From Iphione sp. A-MEVVRFRX5 (taxonomy: Eukaryota), in assembly GCA_976226885.1 (NCBI GenBank), contig OZ320313.1, positions 130,882,001 to 130,946,000 of the forward strand: a stretch of 64,000 nucleotides of DNA. The letters run 5' to 3'. The notes under the pieces were generated by a model. The model did not search any database. It had not been told where the DNA came from and saw only the letters and a list, made by a program, of their open reading frames with translations. This document shows, one piece after another, positions 25,901 through 34,457 of this stretch (position 1 is its first letter; the number at the start of each line of letters is the position of its first letter). The position numbers and the translations under genes are program-made.

Positions 25901-28900
25901 AGGCGGCCGAGCAACTCAACCACGGCCCGCAGGCCCGTCTCCTTCCCCGGGAGCAGCTCGGTAAAGAGCGGGAAGGCGACCCGATCGGAGAGCGCGGCGG
26001 GAGTGGGGAGGTAGCCGAGCTGAGGGAGAGGAATCCGACCTAATAAAGATGCTATCGCCATGGTGCTAGCGTCTTGGCCCGCCGCCGCGTAGCCTACCAC
26101 CGTGCGAGGGTCGGCTCCTCCAGGGTCGGTCCTTCCATGGAGGAAGTTCACCAGCGCATTATTGGCGATGTCGGCGCTCCCACAGTCATCCCAAGCGATC
26201 GCCCCAAGATTAACCCTTCCCGGCCAGAGGTTCTGATCCCGCGCGTACGTCAGACCGTATAGGAAAGCCTCAATCAGCTCAGCCCCACCGCCCTGTAGGT
26301 CGATCGGCCCACAGGAGAAGGCGGGCGAGCCGGGCAGGCGGACAGAGAACACGCCGCCTAACAACACGCTCCCCGCTACGTGCACCGGCCGGCCGCTGGG
26401 GGCGCCACCGGACAGACATGAGCGACACCCAGTGCTTGGGCACCGAGACTCCGGAAGTGACGTCAGAGGCAGCGTTCGGCTGGGGTTGTACATCCGGATC
26501 AAGTTCTTGTTGAGGTTGAGTGTGCCATCACGGAAGGTTCCGACCTACAAAGTATAAAGGAGGCGATAAGTTTATGTTAGTAATTATATTAGCCAAAATT
26601 TCCATGTGCAGTGCTTTCTGTCTGTGTTCTCCTGAAAGAGAGATGTTATATTTCTTTTGCTGCAACAAGTTCCAATCAAAGCAATACTGTATCTGTGTTG
26701 TTTCAGAAGAACAAAGATAGAAATCACAGGCAGATGGAAATAGTTTTTGTGCATAAATGATGGTCACTACGGGGATGCTGGACATACCGTGGGGGCTGGA
26801 CAGGGTGAAAGATCTCTTTTCAATGGAGAGAAATAGGAGTCAGTTGAATCTTTTCGATGGAAAGAAATCGGAGTCAGTTGAATGACAGCAATGCTTGCCC
26901 CCCCCCCTCATCCTTAGCAACCACACTTCTGCTATGGGGTCTATTAACCTACCCGCTGTAAGCGGTAGCTGCCCTGTCTGTTGTTGTAGTTATATACGGC
27001 ATAGCTGAGGTCGGCGGCCTCCCCACCGCGCGTAAAACGCACTCGCCGCGCCGATAGTTCCGGTTGAGTGGTTGTGGAGGCCAAGGTCGACACACGGTCG
27101 TCAGAACCGAAGGTGAAGTCCACCGGCAGGAGATACTTCCGGTAGAAATCCTCGGATGACATGCGCAGGAATGAGGGGCACAAGCCACGTGACTGACCGC
27201 GACAAAGATCGGCGCGCGCATCGCGGACGGCGCGGGCAACGGCAAAGACAGCGACAACAGCGCTCTCTACCGCCTGCGCTTGCTGGAAGTTGGTACGGCG
27301 CTGAGAGTCTGACATCTGAGGACAGGGAGGGTAGCTGTTGTAGGGTGTGGACGTCACACCTGCGAGAAACAATACCTTCATGTACTGACATGATAAAGGT
27401 AAAAATGAGACCCTTATATACACATGACATGACACCTGGGAGAGCACATTAGACAACCTTCATACATTTACCAACGAGAATAAGAAATAGGCCATGGACG
27501 TGTATGGTTTCTCAGCAATAGAGACCAAGCTTCTGAACTAGGTTTGAGCTATTTTGAGTTGTACTTTCTACAATGGCATGCTTAGAGAAAAAAACGTCGG
27601 GTATACATGCATATTTGTACATGTATTTGGTGGGTAATCTTCAGAATCTGTTGCATTTCCGATTCGCATTCTTTCGTGAGTCTTTCCTCCAATCAAAAAT
27701 CACAGCAGGTTGGAACATGCTAATGATAGATAAGACCTTTGGTCACTACATATAACCTATGTGGATTCAGGAGTGTCTTGGTGAGCTCTGCTACTTACAT
27801 GAGTTCTGTCAAACACTAGACTGTAGTTACATGATAGCGAAAAATATAAATGGTGCATAGTAAACTCACTGGTGGAACCTCAATTTTACCCCCGCTACCC
27901 CCCCCCCCATATATACATGTATATAATTAACAAAAGCTAATGGGTCAGTTAGATTAACGGTGCATAGTTCACTCACCAGGTAGGCGGCAGCGATTGGTGG
28001 TCATATACCACTCCGAGTACCAGGGATTGTCTGTCGGGGGGCTGTTGGCGCTCAGCCTCACCCAATGGTCCTCAAACTCCCGAATCTGCCGGCTTGCTGC
28101 CGCCATGGTCAAAACTCCACGAGCGTAAGGTCTACAGTTTAGGGGAAGGAGTTCAAGTTAGGAGTTAGACATAGAAAGGCCAATAATCGAAACTCACTTC
28201 AACTACTGCCATACATCTCTTCATAACACCCAGAAACACACAGGGACTGTCATAATAAACACCCAGGGGCTGTCATAATACACACCGAGGGATTGTCATA
28301 ATACAGAGCCACCACAGGTATACCGCTCTTCACAACGCAGAGACATATAGGGACTGTCATAATGAAGAGCACCTGTCGTAACCGAGTACATTTGTTCCTT
28401 GAAAGTCAGTAAATTTGAACCTGATACTGTGACTGAAAATTATTAAAGGGAACACATAGAACCTGAGCTAAACTAGTTCCTCTAACGAGGGATAATCTAT
28501 TTCGCCCCTCTCTTTCTTTCCATCTCCCTCCCTGCCTGCCCCTTTATCTCTCCCTCCCTCTCGCTTTCTATCTCTCTCTCTCTCCCCCTCTCTCTCTCCC
28601 TCCTCGTCGGCCTACCTCAGTACTCACTCAGTTACTCTTTACAGCTAACCACTTAATCCGGTATTCAACAAACGCTTCGCTCCTACAAGTATCTCTGTAG
28701 CTCACCTCCCCTGTATGATAGAAAGGTCTGTTCCGACGCTCTCAGGTAGCACCCACTGTAAACGGCCGGAGTTTGCCACGCTGGACCCCATGTCCATCAG
28801 AAGGGCAGCAGACGCCGCGTCTCCCAGGAAGACGACGGCAGTCGCCGGTCCCGCCACCAGGGTACGCACGGCATCCCGGTAGATGGTCTCTGCAAGAGAG

Positions 28901-31900
28901 TTAGAAGCTCATGTACAACATAAATACCCAAATGCAAAGGGACTAATTTCCATGAACCAGATTCATTTTTCAATGAAACTACACAAGAGTCCGTATATAT
29001 TTAGGGTTCGCCCCAACCGCGATTCCTTTAGGTATGACTATCATATTCACCCGAAGTTACCTCAAAGAGCCTGGCTGTTAGCTGTAACGATGGTAGACCT
29101 AGTCTCCAGTTGGATAGTCTGGCCAGCACAGTACTATTGTAAGCATTTGCCATCGATAGTCACGTTATTGTCATCATCATAATTTATAGTTGCTGTGAAT
29201 GATAAGATTATCAACAATAACTAATACATACATGTTAACGTCCACTGAAAGAAATTTCTGTACTTACCTGACATGCCGCCACCTGGCAGATGAACAGCCT
29301 GTCTCAAATATACACCAGCATTGTTTCTATACGTACCTGAGGTGGCCCCATCTGGCAAGTGGACAGTCACACAAACACCAACAGAAACCTCAGGCGGCTC
29401 TATCTGGCAGCTGGACTGAAGACTGAAACAAACACCAGCATTCTTTTTGTGCTTATCTGGTTACCTGTGTTTACCTTACCTTACCTTGTGGCTCAATCTG
29501 GCATGCAGAAAGCCTGACACAAACGGGCACCAGCATGATTTCTGTATTTACCTGAGGTAGCTCCATCTGGCAGGCGGACGGCCTGACTCACACAGACACC
29601 AGCATTGCCAGCGCCCTCTGTAAGGGACGCCAAGCCATGGCGGCCATATTCGCTGTCCGTGTAAGCCACTGCCACGTTAGTCCAGCCCATCGCCGCTAGG
29701 GTCGCCAGCAGCGCCTAGTTATCACGAAACAAAATGGACAGGTTTTCATGAGACATTAAGGATGATTTAACGCGTGATTTACATACTGATCATCAAGATT
29801 AATATGCACCTTTTTACGGCCCTCAAGCTGGTGTGAAAGGTCTCCTATTCCCGGCCTTCACAGAAAATACAGTATGACACAAAATCTGTGACATTTTTTA
29901 TGATACCTTACGAAACCCTGGCAATGTTTCCCTCACATTTAGCAAGCTTAAAGCGTCCATAACTGATAAACCTTTTGTGAAATTTGAAGGGTATATATCA
30001 ATCAAAAATATCAAGGATCAAATAGATTGAAAGTTATATGGACAACAAGGCCTCAAGAGACGGTCAAACCTAAGGAAAGGTATGACAGAGTAAGGACAGA
30101 CGCATTGGCGGACCTTTGTACCGGTCCCGGGAGATGATACCTACCTGGGTCTGGAAGGTCTGGGAGGGCACGGTCCTCACCACGTACGGGAAGTCGTCCG
30201 TGTCAGCCAGAGCGGGCGAGGTGGAGGCGAAGTGGACGGAGGGGATCTGGTAGCGACCCAGGACATCGGACACCTGGCGGGCCACCATCCCCCGAGCGTT
30301 GGTCAGCACCCCTACCATGACAGCAAAATAGATGTTTTATGTATGTATACATATGCCATTTCTTATCATGGATAAAATTCATGTCACTCTGTCAATCCCC
30401 GTAAGTTCGGTCTCTGTGTCCAAGGAGATTATCATTCATGTTCGGGATTCAAAGATGCCGATAGCAGTGTTGTTCGATTCCGGCAGGGGGAGAGAATCAA
30501 ATTTCAAATTTTCAAATTTTCAGACAGCATAATTCACAGACTCAGGCAGCAAATATTCCACGCCCCCGCTAGAAGGTTAGCTTCTCTACGGCCTTGCACC
30601 CAGGATATTACCACTTACCGACCATAGCTGTGGACACATTGCTTGCGCAGCGCTGTTCAGAGGTGCCCAGCTCAGGGAGGATGTTGATTAGACTGTCGAT
30701 GGCCACTTCCGGTCTCTGGCAGGTGTCCTCCATCAGCACACCTACAGGAATGATGTTTAAGTTTTGTGGAGACTTTCATCGTTTATGAGGTTACTTTTAC
30801 TCAAACAATGTTATATTCTTGGTCAAAATCAATCCAGACTGCGTCGGCATACATTGGGTTACTTTCACTTAAAGTAAATGTTATACTTTCACAAATACAC
30901 ATACGCACACACTGTCACCATACATCTGCTTACTTCCAAATAGACACTGCCAACGTATTCAGACACTGCAATAATATTTTACTTAGCCAGCATCGCCATA
31001 TGTCAGGTTACTTCACTATGACACTGTCATAGTACATCTGCTTACCTTCAAATAGACATTGCCATCATACATTGGGTTACATTCATTCAAACAGTGTCAA
31101 CGTAGAGTTACCTTCACTCAGATACTATCCCCCTACATCAGCTTATTTTTTTTCAGACACTGTCATCATGATTATGTGTCTGGTTGCCTCCACTCAGACA
31201 GTGTTATCATACACCGGCTTTCTCCCACTCAGACAGTGTTATTGTACATTCATATACATGTACAATGTATTTTGTTACTTTCAGTAAGAATGGGCTTGAT
31301 TGCTAACATCTGGCTATGGCTGGTCACCTCCTCACAGTAAAAATCTTGGGCACTTTTTCCAGCATACTGTCATGATAAACATTGTTACACAGCCATAATA
31401 CACTTGAGATTTTTTCATCAGACATCACACTTGTTCATAGATCTTTTATTGCAGATTGCAGGAATGGATATACATTGTACATCAAGTGCATTATCCTATT
31501 CGATACAACGCAGTGGCAAAGGTGAGGGTTATGTGAGATCGAGAATGTAGGGTATGGGGTGTGGAAATTAGCTTAGTGCTTTACGATTTCAGTCAATGAT
31601 TAGAATTGCAGAATCTATTCAATGTTTTGTCGTACAACTTCAAACATGGTGTGCATAGACATTTGCCATGTAAATTTATTATTTACTGGCTTAACACTCT
31701 GATTATATCAATGAATATCGGAAACAGTTTGTTGGCCTCTGCCATAACGGCGAGCAACTCGCAGGATCGGTTCCAAACATTATTGACCGACAGCCATAAA
31801 AAGACTGAAAATGGTGCGTCCATCCAAACCCCTCTAATGTACAATCTCCCCCCCCCCCCGTCCAGTTGACTGATCACTGGATGGTCGAAAACACCACTGC

Positions 31901-33207
31901 AAAATAACATTTTATGCTTTTCCGACTGAAAAACACTGTGTTGTTGCTGGGTGGTTGGCACTCGGGCAAAAGGTCAATTATGCCCTATATCCCCTGACCC
32001 TAATCTGCTCTGTGCTAACAATATGAGGATAATTGCTATTAGACAACTGCAGAGGGCCTAGGGGTTGACCTAAGAGAATACAGTGTGTGTCTGTACCTAC
32101 CTAGTTTTACCCCTGGTATGTAGGAGTCGGTGATCCGCCGGCCGTTGATTGTACCGCTGTCTTGGTTGATCGTGTCAACTGCCCAGCGAATAGCCTCATA
32201 TTCTTGCATGCCCCCTAGTGACAAGGAAAAACAGTCAGAAGACAACTGTGAAAAATGCTGCATGTGTGTATGTCAGTGACAATCTACCTGATCACAAAAA
32301 CTAATATTAAAGCAGGGAGTTTACGACATCTTGTCTGATATTCTCGTTAAGGTTCCCCATTTCTCTTCCTTATATTCTGCTGATGTTTCTAATCAACAAA
32401 AACAGTATTCAACACAAGCTGTTGTAAGGTAACATCAAATGACACTTTTAAAAACGAACAGGTCATGATATGAACAAGAACAGAATTAAGAATAGTTCAC
32501 CAAAGAACAATTACTGCATGGTCTACAGTAGAACCTTAGTATTGGGGCCCCAGAACATGGGAGAGATTTTCTTGGAACCATGGCTGTTGTCGTTAATTTA
32601 TGTACCTCTCAGATGTGGGGACACCCCCTGAACGGGTGCACATTCATTGGGAAGGAAGGGGGTCCCCAGATACAAGGTTCTTCTGTGTGCAGGAATACCT
32701 CTCTAAATGAAGCCTCTGATAACAGAGCTCCTTTATACGTGTAATGAAATTGGCTATTTTGACAGTCTCGTGACCCATGACCACTGTCCATTTATCGTTT
32801 TAACGGTAACAACTGAAAATGGAAGGGTCATATAGAGACACATGTATACTTTTACCATGAAAAATGATTCATTAACAAATATTTACTCAGGAACAATGCT
32901 AATTCACACTGAAATGGTGTTGCTCTTATAATGAAGTTGCTCACAACAAAACACAGGGGAATAACTGTATAAATGTAATTTGCCCACCTGTAGATGGGCC
33001 TCCGCAGCCATAGTTGTCTCCTCCTTGCTCGCTCAGGGAGAGTAGCCCCCCGACCAGGACCTGAGCCGACCCCCCGCCTACCACGGCCGACCGTTTACTA
33101 CCACACACCTCCTGGCGCACTGGTCCCCCGCCCGCTACACACGTGACCTCCAACAGCAAGGTCACCGTCACCAGCAACAGCACCATCACTGACGTGGGTG
33201 ACGTCAT
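6104..33207 (-). CDS. Multi-exon gene (27 coding exons in window, 3'-incomplete): class C GPCR-like protein with signal peptide and at least 5 tandem Venus flytrap (ANF_receptor/PBP1 mGluR-like) modules, at least 2454 aa
   Basis: All 27 exons have AG acceptors and GT (two GC) donors with matching phases, total 7362 nt. Each module repeats mGluR/CaSR VFT hallmarks: GLFxVH, C, EAFxxA, GGxxxDxC, RTVPxD, W.YV, NPWF.E.....C, NAVY, F...G....Y. Confidence 0.9.
6723..6900 (-). CDS. Exon 26 (module 5)
   Basis: CKLENSS...RVC...DESVLQTIIATY...NCQDSPIG; phases 0/1. Confidence 0.88.
7806..7919 (-). CDS. Exon 25 (module 5)
   Basis: LREDQVQGFIDYVTSL...DDWFVEFWQLSLQ; phases 0/0. Confidence 0.9.
9045..9217 (-). 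CDS. Exon 24 (module 5)
   Basis: ARAVVLFTNEEQTRLLLEAA...FIFLSS...ANGAISLK; phases 1/0. Confidence 0.9.
9411..9624 (-). CDS. Exon 23 (module 5)
   Basis: AEVLAEVTRRLDWYYISAINS...VCIGQ...NLSQQQG; phases 0/1. Confidence 0.9.
10410..10580 (-). CDS. Exon 22 (module 5)
   Basis: VDPSSIVAFI...PYFLSTIPPDSKQ; phases 0/0. Confidence 0.88.
11035..11430 (-). repeat. Tandem array (about 6 units of 62-75 bp) derived from the 3' end and donor site of exon 21
   Basis: Unit ACCTACCCTAGCAGGGACACAATCTGCCTCACATAGACACTGACCTATCTGTCTAAACCCCAACC aligns with the last ~45 nt of the exon plus the intron start. Confidence 0.9.
11387..11688 (-). CDS. Exon 21 (start of module 5)
   Basis: HRPTRAMARTRPNLNLVGFFDVH...LRCG...GGLAIDTC...LCEADGVSAT; phases 1/0. 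Confidence 0.88.
12395..12509 (-). CDS. Exon 20 (end of module 4, linker 4)
   Basis: VGSYNDSHLLKIRPRQEFEITWSSDCSSPGACQECATLG; phases 0/1. Confidence 0.88.
12905..12975. repeat. (CT)n microsatellite
   Basis: Long CT run. Confidence 0.95.
12992..13204 (-). CDS. Exon 19 (module 4)
   Basis: QTCGDSYNGVCQNF...FQFTSDGESNRGYHIY...YYEN; phases 0/0. Confidence 0.9.
13454..13615. mobile_element. Degenerate Tc1/mariner-type MITE
   Basis: TA|CAGTA...TACTG|TA ends; imperfect TIRs. Confidence 0.4.
13723..14021 (+). mobile_element. CAGG-TIR mini-element, copy A (degenerate, 299 bp)
   Basis: CAGACCCGTAGGCA...GATACCCCCAATACCCCCTGGCTACCGGCCTG; same ends and internal AGAGGTGGAACTC motif as copy B. Confidence 0.7.
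14175..14351 (-). CDS. Exon 18 (module 4)
   Basis: YYEEVYGCSL...AC...DAYVLYTTNAVYSAALGLDYALR; phases 0/0. Not in the ORF track. Confidence 0.9.
14906..15142. mobile_element. PIF/Harbinger-type MITE
   Basis: TTA|GGCCCCGTTTC...GAACTGGGCC|TTA (TTA TSD) with internal inverted blocks. Confidence 0.7.
15164..15312. mobile_element. Tc1/mariner-type MITE (149 bp)
   Basis: TA TSD; TIRs CAGTGGAACCTCTCTACT / AGTAGAGGGGTTCCACTG (17/18 match). Confidence 0.85.
15426..15605 (-). CDS. Exon 17 (module 4)
   Basis: DIQFHFVGSETWS...FDRYL...NPWFEE; GC donor GAG|GCGAGT; phases 0/0. Confidence 0.87.
15864..16115 (-). CDS. Exon 16 (module 4)
   Basis: VVHSPGTYGDDAARQF...ICVAQ...VVVTF...AVERVTQ; phases 0/0. Confidence 0.9.
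16739..16987 (-). CDS. Exon 15 (module 4)
   Basis: SGNTRINPDNIEVYVGAYDSDTS...PQLSYGATS...YPNFLRTVPADD...EYVQ; phases 0/0 require the acceptor at 16988, not the one 4 nt further in. Confidence 0.9.
17279..17662 (+). mobile_element. CAGG-TIR mini-element, copy B (384 bp)
   Basis: 14-bp TIR CAGGCCCGTAGCCA/TGGCTACGGGCCTG flanked by the 6-bp direct repeat GATTTC; interior has duplicated AGAGGTGGAACTCC and C/T tracts. Confidence 0.85.
17834..18078 (-). CDS. Exon 14 (module 4)
   Basis: LFDVHASGNGPFTCG...VEAFNFALGRVN...GGVALDTCSSP...LLPLT; phases 1/0. Confidence 0.92.
18100..18250. repeat. (TATG)n-like microsatellite
   Basis: GTAT/ATGT repeats; a second patch lies at about 18445-18510. Confidence 0.85.
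18759..19111 (-). CDS. Exon 13 (end of module 3, linker 3, start of module 4)
   Basis: CGINYNGVCQAF...IGSYRDG...SDCPGVCTQC...PGSVLLAG; phases 2/1. Confidence 0.92.
19317..19489 (-). CDS. Exon 12 (module 3)
   Basis: ELYQCNLPG...NC...DARVLTTVNAVYALVEAIHLALRER; phases 0/2. Confidence 0.9.
19995..20066 (+). mobile_element. CAGG-TIR mini-element, copy C (72-bp minimal core)
   Basis: CAGGCCCGTAGCCAGG...GGGGGTATCGGACGATACCCC...TGGCTACGGGC flanked by the 6-bp direct repeat AACCAG. Confidence 0.85.
21402..22009 (-). CDS. Exon 11 (module 3)
   Basis: WLMYTSG...YPTFYRTVPSDDKQAMAMARFVDYMGWRYV...NPWFNEAYQ; phases 1/0. Confidence 0.92.
23573..24041 (-). CDS. Exon 10 (linker 2, start of module 3)
   Basis: IGDVQY...SCSGAPVCPDC...DGDLLLAGLFNVH...LDDCSSPLRA...DIKG; phases 0/1. 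Confidence 0.92.
25108..26544 (-). CDS. Exon 9 (1437 bp; linker 1 plus essentially all of VFT module 2)
   Basis: VGTFRDG...SRCPSTGCRSC...GGVFSVR...NPWLKQWYEAAFSC...YDILYRAPGANTFTM; ends at a GC donor (ATG|GCAAGT); phases 0/0. Confidence 0.88.
26953..27359 (-). CDS. Exon 8 (module 1)
   Basis: GVTSTPYNSYPPCPQ...AVVAVFAVARA...LCRGQSRGLC...YAVYNYNNRQGSYRLQR; phases 1/0. Confidence 0.88.
27977..28131 (-). CDS. Exon 7 (module 1)
   Basis: PYARGVLTMAAASRQIREFEDHW...DNPWYSEWYMTTNRCRLP; phases 2/1. Confidence 0.88.
28706..28889 (-). CDS. Exon 6 (module 1)
   Basis: ETIYRDAVRTLVAGPATAVVFLG...LQWVLPESVGTDLSIIQGR; phases 1/2. Confidence 0.85.
29261..29610 (-). repeat. Tandem degenerate copies (about 5) of the 3' end and donor of exon 5
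   Basis: TACCTGAGG..CCATCTGGCA...ACACCAGCATT recurs at about 29265, 29334, 29386, 29480 and in the exon itself. Confidence 0.8.
29552..29714 (-). CDS. Exon 5 (module 1)
   Basis: ALLATLAAMGWTNVAVAYTDSEYGRHG...VCVSQAVRLPDGATS; phases 0/1. Confidence 0.9.
30145..30311 (-). CDS. Exon 4 (module 1)
   Basis: VLTNARG...QIPSVHFASTSPALADTDDFPYVVRTVPSQTFQTQ; phases 1/0. Confidence 0.9.
30619..30741 (-). CDS. Exon 3 (module 1)
   Basis: GVLMEDTCQRPEVAIDSLINILPELGTSEQRCASNVSTAMVG; |GTAAGT donor, phases 1/1. Not in the ORF track. Confidence 0.88.
30790..31440. repeat. Degenerate ~35-bp minisatellite in intron 2
   Basis: Recurring (G)TTACTT(T)CAC..CAGACACTGTCATCATACAT motif. Confidence 0.65.
32101..32214 (-). 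CDS. Exon 2 (module 1)
   Basis: GGMQEYEAIRWAVDTINQDSG...IPGVKLG; TAG| acceptor, |GTAGGT donor, phases 1/1. Confidence 0.9.
32988..33207 (-). CDS. Exon 1 (signal peptide, start of VFT module 1)
   Basis: MTSPTSVMVLLLVTVTLLLEVTCVAG...VLVGGLLSL...YGCGGPST; donor G|GTGGGC, phase 1. An upstream acceptor at about 33240 implies a 5'UTR intron. Confidence 0.85.
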
Positions 33208-33650
33208 GATGACGCCAGGGCCAAGAGAGTGGTGTCTTTCTGCGAATTCTGAAAAACAATGAAGTGACTACAGATACTTTGAAGAACAATGTAATTATTA
33301 CATGTTGACTTATTTAGTGTTTGTCTTGCATATACGTAGTTTACAAAGGTACTTAGACATGGCTTCACATGCTGGCTCTGCGCAAATACACACTGCACCA
33401 ACTATATGTATACGCAAACGTACACATACATTTATACGTACATGTACATGAAAATATAACACATGCACAGTGTCCATGTATGTTAAAACATGATGATATA
33501 TAGTGTCTGTGTGCATTAATGTAAATACACAGATACACAAACACGACCGTCAAGGTGTTCACAAGGAATACACGTAACCGGCATTTTGTATGCACACAGA
33601 CGCCTAGACATGCACCCACCCATAAACACACCCACGCACAGCCAACGTAC

Positions 33651-33747
33651 AGCCCCAGGTGACAAACGAGCTTCTGTTGGAGTCGGAGACGCTCCAGTGG
33701 ATCAGCCACGTGACTGGAATACCGCTACATCTGGGTCGTTTATTAAA
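33651..33747 (-). promoter_or_regulatory. Candidate core promoter and short non-coding first exon of the VFT gene
   Basis: Minus strand TTTAATAAA lies 32 nt upstream of an Inr-like CCAGTC, followed by E-box CACGTG and a donor GCT|GTACGT at 33651/33650; an acceptor precedes the ATG exon at 33240. Motif-only inference. Confidence 0.3.
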
Positions 33748-34457
33748 CGTAGCACAAACACGCAAACACATACACAGGGTCGTAGCGAAGCCAAAAATCT
33801 AAGATGGGGTGCTTGCTGTCTACAGGTGCTGTCTCAGTCTGTAAATCGCTCTGTACTCCGGATTTGCTGACTCAGTTTGTGAATTTAAACATTAGAATCT
33901 GATGTAAGAATCTGACGTATTGATGGAACAACGAATACACACACACACACACACACGTCTAGTCTGTCCCTGGTCGTCACGGTCCAGTGGTCATGCCCCG
34001 TGACTGGAATGTCTGGCGTATTTTAAATCTGTATGACGGCCAATAACCTCTCACGGACTTCACTAGACTCACACCCCCATCCATGAAACACATCATGAAA
34101 GCCCTACAAATCTGTGTGAATGGTCTAATGCCCTGCATACAGCTTAGAAAGTGTTTCCGTGTGTGTGTGCGTAAATGCGTTGCTCCATCAGTGCATCAGT
34201 AAATCAAATTCTTAAACTTCTCTTTAGAAGTTTGTGAGACTTAAGAGCGTACAGTTGAGACCCCCATAGGAGAACAAACTTGAGACCTTGAAGTTTTGGT
34301 TGCTCTCATGATGTGGTCGCATTAGACAACCTTTTTTTACAGTGATATGAATTGTTGAGTCTGAGAAATCTCGGTCCCTTCTCTGATCTGGTCTCCCTCG
34401 TGATCTGGTCTTTAGCTGGGTCTCTATTGTATATAATTACATAACCATTGTAGGATA

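Noticed and set aside
27799-27815. 17-nt micro-exon (AG|TGTTTGACAGAACTCAT|GTAAGT) plus an alternative acceptor at 27315, giving an in-frame alternative path
   Set aside because: It would delete the conserved Cys (PPC) that follows the NPW...C motif, and the polypyrimidine tract is weak. The direct exon 7 to exon 8 junction (27359) is already in phase. Only RNA-seq could rescue it.
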